43,224 bases of DNA, from the NCBI GenBank assembly GCA_016206805.1, contig JACQQX010000041.1, positions 1-43,224 on the forward strand. Direction: 5' to 3'. Made by a program: the position numbers and the translations under genes. This stretch comes from Candidatus Omnitrophota bacterium (GTDB lineage Bacteria; Omnitrophota; Gorgyraeia; 2-02-FULL-51-18). Numbering within the stretch: position 1 is the first letter of the stretch; each line of letters starts with the position of its first letter. Below, piece by piece: positions 36,886-43,224 of the stretch. The notes under the pieces were generated by a model that was not told the origin of the DNA, ran no database searches, and worked only from the letters and a program-made list of their open reading frames with translations.

Positions 36886-37959
36886 TTAGAATAGCTGGTT
36901 GGCGATGTAGCCTAGGAGGAGGGTTTGGGGGATGGCGATGATGGGGATCCATAGGGCTGTTTTTCGGCCGACGTTGGCCCAGATAAGGCCTATTTCCGTG
37001 TAATCGGTGACTACCCCCGCCATCAGAAAAACGAACGCATTTCCATAGGCATGCGTTTGGCGGTAGATTTCAAAAGCCAGTGGCGTGGTGCCCTCGGAAC
37101 AGACTTCCAGGATAGTCGCCAGGCCCAGTGTGGCAAATAGGCCCCCTATCGAAGGACCCATAAACTGATGAAAAAAAGTAGAGGGAATGAAAGCGGCCAT
37201 CAAGCCTGAAAGGGTGATTCCGATCAAGATCCACCAGAGCACCATATCCGCCAAAGCAACAGTCCCCTTTCCTATTCCTCGGATATCTTCCCACACCCGC
37301 TCTCTGGTGAGACGATAATCACGAATCCGCCTGGCCATGTCCTGAACGATTGAAAAATTTTCACTGACCTGGACGGTGTTTTTGTTGGCTTCGACCAGAC
37401 CCTTCTCTTCCAGAAACTGAAACGCGACACCCGTAGTGAACGCGATGGCCAGCGCGCCCAAAATAATATAAAGCGCCTTCAGCCCAAAAAAGCCGAATAA
37501 GATAAAAGTGATCGGCAGATTGGCCCATGGACTGGCCAGAAGAAAACTCACGACAACCGGTGTCGAAGCGCCTTTGCGGTGAAGCTCGATAGCCAGCGCG
37601 ATAATCCCGTGGCTGCAAACACTCATCAAAAACCCGAGCAACACCGACAATCCCACGGTTCGTTTTTTCTTCCGGGCCAGCATCCGGCTGAAATATTCCT
37701 GTGGGATAAAGTGCTCCACCATCCCTCCGATCACAAGACCCAAAACGATCAACAAACCGATTCGGCTCACATAAAGGAAAAAAGTGCTGCGAAATGTTTC
37801 AAGCGCCGTCACAAAATACGACGCGCCAATCAGCAGCGCCACCACGCAAACAGTGATAAAGGTCTTATCCGTCCAAAACCTTCTTTTTTTAGACGTCTGG
37901 CAGCAAGCGCTGGAAGGATGCTCAGGATGATGCAATGGATTTCCTCTTCCATAAGGCAT
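36886..37959 (-). CDS. DUF318/ArsP-like permease
   Basis: SVCSHG, FLLASP, EVCSEG..P, FLMAG; N-terminal HHPEH..CC; start uncertain. Confidence 0.8.
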   Translation of the reverse strand: MPYGRGNPLHHPEHPSSACCQTSKKRRFWTDKTFITVCVVALLIGASYFVTALETFRSTFFLYVSRIGLLIVLGLVIGGMVEHFIPQEYFSRMLARKKKRTVGLSVLLGFLMSVCSHGIIALAIELHRKGASTPVVVSFLLASPWANLPITFILFGFFGLKALYIILGALAIAFTTGVAFQFLEEKGLVEANKNTVQVSENFSIVQDMARRIRDYRLTRERVWEDIRGIGKGTVALADMVLWWILIGITLSGLMAAFIPSTFFHQFMGPSIGGLFATLGLATILEVCSEGTTPLAFEIYRQTHAYGNAFVFLMAGVVTDYTEIGLIWANVGRKTALWIPIIAIPQTLLLGYIANQLF

Positions 37960-40900
37960 AAACCGGCGGGTACACTAAAAGCTCCATCACAAAACTAGTC
38001 AAAAGCCCGCCAATCATCGGCGCGGCGATACGCTTCATCAAATCCGCCCCCGTCCCCATCGACCACATGATGGGCATCAAACCCATCATCGCCGCCATCA
38101 CAGTCATTAGTTTGGGCCGGATACGCTTAACGGCTCCATGGATAATGGCTTCTTCGAGATCTTGGGCGGTTTTCATTTTTCCCGCTTTCACGGCATCCTG
38201 ATAGGCCAAGTCCAGATAAAGCAGCATAAAAACCCCCGTTTCCGCGTCCAGTCCCATGAGGGCAATCATTCCCACCCACGTGGCGATAGAAACATTATAC
38301 CCGAGAATAAACAGTAACCAAATGGCCCCGACCAGCGAAAACGGCACCGCCAGAAGCACGATGCCTGTCTTGATCCAGGATTTGGTGTTCAAATAAAGGA
38401 GCAGCATGATGAGAAGAATCGTGATAGGCACGATCACTAAAAGCCTTTGCTTCACCCGGTTCATATTTTCATATTGGCCGCTCCACACCAGATACGTGCC
38501 TTTGGGCACCGAAATGGAACTTTCCACCAGTTTTTTGGCTTCTTTCACATAGCCGCCCACGTCCCGGCCCGCCACATCCACGTACACATAACCGGTCAAC
38601 CGCCCATTTTCATCCCGAATCATCGCGGGCCCTTGGACAATTTGGAGATCAGCGATGTGGGAAAGCGACACTTGCGCGCCCAAAGGGGTTTGAACCAATA
38701 CGCGACCGAGGCTTTCCAAATCATCCCGGAAATCCCGGGCATAACGCACATTCACCGAATAGCGCTCGCGCCCTTCCACGGTCGTCGAGATACTCTCGCC
38801 TCCGATGGCCGTCATGATCACGGCGTTGGCGTCTTCCACGCTCAACCCATACCGCGCCAGCTCTTGCCGCTTCAATGTAAAATCCAGAAAATAACCCCCC
38901 GTGACTCGTTCGGCAAAAATACTCCGGGTTCCGCGGACATTTTTAAGAGCCGCTTCAATTTCAAGGCCGGTTTTCTCGATTTGATGGAGATCATCCCCAT
39001 GGATCTTGATGCCGATCGGAGTGCGAATGCCCGTCGAAAGCATATCGATGCGGTTTTTGATCGGCATCGTCCAGGCATTGGTCACGCCGGGGATTTGAAG
39101 CTTCTGGTCCATTTCGTCGATGAGCCGGTCATAATCAAGCCCCCGACGCCACTGGCTTTTAGGCTTCAAAATAACCGTTGTTTCCATCATAGAAAGCGGA
39201 GCCGGGTCGGTCGCGGTCTCGGCGCGGCCCGCTTTCCCGAACACTCGCTCCACCTCTGGGAAACTCTTCAGAATCTTATCCTGTGTTTGCATCAGCTGTT
39301 GCGCTTGGGCCACCGAAATACCCGGAAGCGTTGTGGGCATGTAAAGAATCGCCCCTTCATTTAAAGGCGGCATGAATTCAGATCCCAGTTGAAAATAAAA
39401 CGGAATGGTTAAAATAAACACCAGCGCCGCGCCAATCATCGTGGTCTTTGGAAAGCGCAGGGTCCAGCGGACAACCGGTTCATACACACGGAAAAGCTGC
39501 CGGCTCACCGGATGTTTTTCCTCAGGATGATATTTTCCCACGCAAAGGGTGGTCGCCAAACGCGACAAAAATTTGGGCCGGAATGAAAAGGGCTCCATCC
39601 TGGAAAAAGACATGCGAAGCGCGGGGTCCAGAGTCACCGCGAGTAACGCCGCGATCGCCATCGCGATATTTTTACTCAATGCCAGCGGCTTAAATAACCG
39701 TCCCTCCTGATCCACCAGCGTAAAAATCGGCATGAAAGCCACCGCGATCACCAAAAGTGAGAAAAAGACAGAAGGCCCCACCTGTTTTAAAGCGTCCAAA
39801 CGCACGGCATGATAATCCCCTTTTCCGCCCGAGGATTGCCATTTCTCCAGTTTATTGTAGGCATTCTCCACCTCCACAATCGCGCCATCCACCAGCACGC
39901 CAATGGAAATGGCAATACCGGCCAGCGACATGATGTTGGAAGTAATCCCCATGCGGTACAGCGGAATAAAAGCCAGGAGCACCGCGATCGGGATGGTGAT
40001 AATGGGAATAATGGCCGAAGGCACATGCCAGAGAAAAATGAGAATCACGGCGCTCACGATAATCATTTCCTCGATCAGCTGATGTTTCAGCGTGTCGATC
40101 GATCGCTCAATCAATTCCGAGCGGTCATAAACGGGGATGACCTCCATGCCTTCGGGCAGCGTGCGCTTGAGGTCTTCCAGCCGCTCTTTCACATCACGGA
40201 TGACATTGAGCGCATTTTCATGGTAACGCATGATGACAATCCCGCCCACCGCGTCGCCCTCCCCGTCCAAATCGGAAATCCCCCGGCGGATATCGGGCCC
40301 GATCATCACCGTCGCCACGTCTTTTATCAGTAAAGGCGTTCCTTTCGCGTCGGAACGGATTACGATATTTTCAAAGTCGCTGACCGATCGGGCATAACCC
40401 CGTCCGCGGATCATGTATTCGGCGCCGGATAATTCAATAAGCCTGCCCCCTACTTCGCTATTGCCCTTCCTCACGGCATCCGCCACTTCCGTAATCGAAA
40501 TTCCATAAGCAAAAAGCTTATTGGGGTCCAGCTGAATCTGATACTGCTTTTGAAACCCGCCGATCGAAGCGACTTCCGATACGCCGGGCACGGATTGGAT
40601 GGCGTAACGCAAATTCCAATCTTGATAACTCCGCAGCGCTTCAAGACTGTGTTTTCCGGTGCGGTCGATAAGAGCGTACTGGTACACCCAGCCCACTCCG
40701 GTGGCATCAGGCCCAAGCTCCGTTTTCACCCCCTCCGGCAGACTTGGCTGAATTTTGGAGAGGTATTCCAGCACACGGCTGCGCGCCCAATACACATCCG
40801 TCCCGTCCTCAAAAATCACGTAAACATATGAAAAACCAAAATCAGAAAGCGCCCGCACGTCCTTGACGCGGGGCACGCCCAAAAGGGAGCTCACAATGGG

Positions 40901-41098
40901 GTAAGTGACCTGGTCTTCGATAATGTCGGGGCTTCTATCCCAGCGGGAATAGACGATGACTTGTGTATCGGATAGATCCGGGATCGCGTCCAGCGGGATG
41001 TTCTTAAGGGAATGCAGTGAAAGCAGGATCGCCGCGCCCGTGATAAAGAAAACTAAAAAACGGTTCCGGCTTGAAAATTCGATCAGTTTTTCAATCAT
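37922..41098 (-). CDS. cusA: CusA/SilA heavy-metal RND efflux transporter
   Basis: PLDAIPDLSDTQVIV, LGPDATGVGWVYQY, GSEFMPPLNEG, DPAPLSMMET, GAVKRIRPKLMT. Confidence 0.95.
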   Translation of the reverse strand: MIEKLIEFSSRNRFLVFFITGAAILLSLHSLKNIPLDAIPDLSDTQVIVYSRWDRSPDIIEDQVTYPIVSSLLGVPRVKDVRALSDFGFSYVYVIFEDGTDVYWARSRVLEYLSKIQPSLPEGVKTELGPDATGVGWVYQYALIDRTGKHSLEALRSYQDWNLRYAIQSVPGVSEVASIGGFQKQYQIQLDPNKLFAYGISITEVADAVRKGNSEVGGRLIELSGAEYMIRGRGYARSVSDFENIVIRSDAKGTPLLIKDVATVMIGPDIRRGISDLDGEGDAVGGIVIMRYHENALNVIRDVKERLEDLKRTLPEGMEVIPVYDRSELIERSIDTLKHQLIEEMIIVSAVILIFLWHVPSAIIPIITIPIAVLLAFIPLYRMGITSNIMSLAGIAISIGVLVDGAIVEVENAYNKLEKWQSSGGKGDYHAVRLDALKQVGPSVFFSLLVIAVAFMPIFTLVDQEGRLFKPLALSKNIAMAIAALLAVTLDPALRMSFSRMEPFSFRPKFLSRLATTLCVGKYHPEEKHPVSRQLFRVYEPVVRWTLRFPKTTMIGAALVFILTIPFYFQLGSEFMPPLNEGAILYMPTTLPGISVAQAQQLMQTQDKILKSFPEVERVFGKAGRAETATDPAPLSMMETTVILKPKSQWRRGLDYDRLIDEMDQKLQIPGVTNAWTMPIKNRIDMLSTGIRTPIGIKIHGDDLHQIEKTGLEIEAALKNVRGTRSIFAERVTGGYFLDFTLKRQELARYGLSVEDANAVIMTAIGGESISTTVEGRERYSVNVRYARDFRDDLESLGRVLVQTPLGAQVSLSHIADLQIVQGPAMIRDENGRLTGYVYVDVAGRDVGGYVKEAKKLVESSISVPKGTYLVWSGQYENMNRVKQRLLVIVPITILLIMLLLYLNTKSWIKTGIVLLAVPFSLVGAIWLLFILGYNVSIATWVGMIALMGLDAETGVFMLLYLDLAYQDAVKAGKMKTAQDLEEAIIHGAVKRIRPKLMTVMAAMMGLMPIMWSMGTGADLMKRIAAPMIGGLLTSFVMELLVYPPVYALWKRKSIASS

Positions 41099-42188
41099 GG
41101 GCCGCTCCATGTCCGGCATGCGAGGCCGCTGTCTCGCTTACGGACGCTTTCAGCCTGCTTTCGGAATCCAAAAGGAAATTGCCGTCGATGACGATTTTGT
41201 CCCCTTCCATCAGTCCGCCAAGAATGGGATAATCCTTCCCGGCTTTAATCCCCACCTGAACTTCACGGGGCTCAAAACGGCCGTCGCCCTTGTCCACATA
41301 CACGATGGAAGAAACGCCGGTGAAGAACACCGACTCTTGCGGCACGGCCAGGCCTTCCCCCCACGAGGACTCGATGACGACCGTCAAAAGCATTTCCGGT
41401 TTTAAAAAACCGTCGTTTTTTACGCGTATCCTCACCGGGATGCGCCTGGTCATGGGGTCTACCATGGACCCGATGTTATGGACAACGCTCTCATATTTTT
41501 TATCCGCGATCGACGCGATCTCGATATGGGCTTTGTCGCCGGCTTTAAGCCACTGGGCGTCCGATTCGAACACTTCCGCATCCAGCCAAACATCCCCATC
41601 CGGCTTGAGGTAGAGAAGCGCTTCGTCCGCTTTGGCCGTCCGGATCAGCTCTTCGATGGAGCGATCGTCCATTCCGTTCAAGATCAGTTTGGAACGCGCC
41701 TGCTCAACCCGCGGCGCCTCCCATCGGCTGTCCACGATATTTTTATAGGCCAGATCCCTCGCCCGCAGAGAGCCCTTCGCCATCCGGTATTCCCGCAAGA
41801 AATCAATCTGCGCCTGATAGAGATCCGGATCATAAACCACGCGAGCCGGAACGGAGAGCGCGGCTTTGAGCGCTTTTTTTTGAACGGTTGCCGTCCGCAA
41901 ACCGATAAGCTGCTGCCTTTCCGGATTGAGGGAAACGACGGAATATCCCCCAAGCGTTGAATTTTCCTGATCGCTCAGTTCGCGCTTCACCAGCCGCATT
42001 CCGCAAATCGGGCAATTTCCCGGTTTGTCTGAAACCACTTGAGGATGCATGGGGCATGTGTAAAGCACTTTTGCCTCACCGGCATTATGCGAATGCCCTT
42101 CTTGCGCCGGTGATTCGCCGACGGCCGCGCCAAAAAGAACGGACACCGACAAAAGAACCATTAAAAAATTTTTGAAAAATAATGACAT
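41091..42188 (-). CDS. cusB: CusB-like RND periplasmic adaptor with heavy-metal-binding domain
   Basis: YTCPMHP..PGNCPICGM, LKPEM, GNFLLDSESRL; SD AAGGAG before ATG 42188. Confidence 0.88.
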   Translation of the reverse strand: MSLFFKNFLMVLLSVSVLFGAAVGESPAQEGHSHNAGEAKVLYTCPMHPQVVSDKPGNCPICGMRLVKRELSDQENSTLGGYSVVSLNPERQQLIGLRTATVQKKALKAALSVPARVVYDPDLYQAQIDFLREYRMAKGSLRARDLAYKNIVDSRWEAPRVEQARSKLILNGMDDRSIEELIRTAKADEALLYLKPDGDVWLDAEVFESDAQWLKAGDKAHIEIASIADKKYESVVHNIGSMVDPMTRRIPVRIRVKNDGFLKPEMLLTVVIESSWGEGLAVPQESVFFTGVSSIVYVDKGDGRFEPREVQVGIKAGKDYPILGGLMEGDKIVIDGNFLLDSESRLKASVSETAASHAGHGAAHD

Positions 42189-42233
42189 GTTAGTCTCCTT
42201 TTTTTGCTGAAACAAAACCGCAAAAAAAAGAGT

Positions 42234-42569
42234 CTAAATGCGATAGACGGAGTAAAGGATGTGGAGATCGTTTAAGGGAGGTGGTGAGTGAACCGAAGCC
42301 GGCGCATGCGCCGATAAGCCGGCCGCGTCGAGAACAGAAAACTGGGGAGCCCCATACCCGGTCAGCGGTGAAAGTTGGGTTGAACTGAAAATAATTCCTT
42401 CCAGTTCCCTGGAATCGGCTTTGAGTTCGCATTGGCAAACGTCTTTTGGGCAGCACGACACCGAGTCATCGCAGGAGGGTGCTGAAGCCGCATAAGCCAC
42501 AGGACTCGCGCCGAGTGTCAAAACCAGCGCCAGTCGGATAAGCGCATTCATAACTGTTTTGGTGCTCAT
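42234..42569 (-). CDS. Small exported Cys-rich protein / putative metal-responsive leader (DUF2946/CutF-like)
   Basis: Signal-like LIRLALVLTLGASPVAYA, CDDSVSCCPKDVCQC, C-terminal HSPPP..LHILYSVYRI; immediately upstream of cusB; own promoter. Confidence 0.7.
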   Translation of the reverse strand: MSTKTVMNALIRLALVLTLGASPVAYAASAPSCDDSVSCCPKDVCQCELKADSRELEGIIFSSTQLSPLTGYGAPQFSVLDAAGLSAHAPASVHSPPPLNDLHILYSVYRI

Positions 42570-42575
42570 AGTATA

Positions 42576-42604
42576 AGTATGCCCGAGAAGGCGACCCGGG
42601 TCAA
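42576..42604 (-). promoter_or_regulatory. Sigma70 promoter of the cus operon, probably leaderless
   Basis: TTGACC-17 nt-CATACT-6 nt-ATG(42569). Confidence 0.55.
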
Positions 42605-42969
42605 TAGGCAAGCGCTTCGTCGACCTTATCCTTGAGCTTTTCCAGGGCGAGGCCCCCTTTCTCGAAAAAGGCGAAATAGCCCAAACCCTTGAACTTGTCT
42701 TCAACGTTCTCAAGAGTATATCCGGTAATGACGATAACCTTGATAAAGGGATCCACTTCCTGGAGGATGGGCAAAAACTTATCGCCGTTGACAATGGGCA
42801 TGTTGAAATCCAGCAGGACCACTCCCGGCGCCTGCTTATGAAAAGCGGACACGGCATCCTCCAGATTGCCGGCAGAAAACACCTCATACTGGTGAGACTT
42901 AAAATATTCGGTGATCAAACTTAAGAAACCCGGTTCGTCATCTACAACGAGAATTCGTTTTTTTCTCAT
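42601..42969 (-). CDS. Single-domain response regulator (CheY-like receiver)
   Basis: ILVVDDE, VLLDFNMP..G, VIVITGY, FEK. Confidence 0.9.
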   Translation of the reverse strand: MRKKRILVVDDEPGFLSLITEYFKSHQYEVFSAGNLEDAVSAFHKQAPGVVLLDFNMPIVNGDKFLPILQEVDPFIKVIVITGYTLENVEDKFKGLGYFAFFEKGGLALEKLKDKVDEALAY

Positions 42970-42985
42970 AGGAGGAATGGGAAGA

Positions 42986-43210
42986 TTATTTTTTCTTAGA
43001 TTCCTGAGGTCCACCCTTTTCGATTTCCTTGAGGAGATAGCTATCGAGGACTTCTTTCTTCGTCCGCCACTGTCCGCCCACTTTGAAACCGGGAAGCTTT
43101 TTTTCTTTCAATAAACGATAAACCGTCATCGAGTGTACGCCCAAGTACTTGGCGACCTCTTTTAAGGTCATAATCTGCGTGCGTTGTGGTCTTTTTTCTT
43201 CTTGTTGCAT
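42986..43210 (-). CDS. Excisionase-like HTH_17 DNA-binding protein (paralog of 36461-36670)
   Basis: MTLKEVAKYLGVHSMTVYRL...LPGFKVGGQWR. Confidence 0.88.
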   Translation of the reverse strand: MQQEEKRPQRTQIMTLKEVAKYLGVHSMTVYRLLKEKKLPGFKVGGQWRTKKEVLDSYLLKEIEKGGPQESKKK

Positions 43211-43224
43211 GAGTTCCTCCGCGA

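Noticed and set aside
36740-36952. 70-aa minus-strand ORF
   Set aside because: Derived from the permease 3' end out of frame and the 37-bp palindrome
42570-42887. N-terminal half of the 217-aa ORF 42234-42887
   Set aside because: Out-of-frame overlap with the receiver gene; a promoter and ATG at 42569 explain the real gene
36461-43210. Prophage or integrative element implied by excisionase-like HTHs
   Set aside because: No integrase, att-tRNA or phage genes in the window

Overview
Bacterial chromosomal window, probably Ca. Omnitrophota or a related lineage (inferred from the giant-gene architecture, not proven). Two divergent complex I operons are present: nuoA-B-C-[TPR]-D-E-F-G-H-I on the minus strand, running off the left edge, and an 11-subunit type nuoA-B-CD-H-I-J-K-L-M-N plus an antiporter on the plus strand, with no nuoEFG. 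Between them lies a 13 kb gene for a 4337-aa protein, the main candidate for a novel system. It has a Sec-type signal and an N-terminal domain with TraB/Tiki/EreA-ChaN-like metal-ligand motifs. Nine unrelated cargo modules follow (SAM methyltransferase, HEXXH peptidase, sigma70 region 4, glycogen synthase, GH15 glucoamylase, nucleotidyltransferase-like, three unknowns), each bounded by a recurring [G/A]-[A/S]-R-L-A pentapeptide that is also conserved as DNA (GCGCGGYTGGCG). This suggests a cassette-built, possibly self-processing effector polyprotein. The right part holds a beta-propeller gene, an RlmI-like methyltransferase, two HTH_17 paralogs, a DUF318 permease, cusA/cusB, a Cys-rich leader-like small gene and a receiver protein. 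Several families of palindromic repeats sit at gene junctions and in frame inside genes. One family carries inverted DnaA boxes, and another sits directly after both nuoD stop codons. Several promoters appear to give leaderless transcripts.
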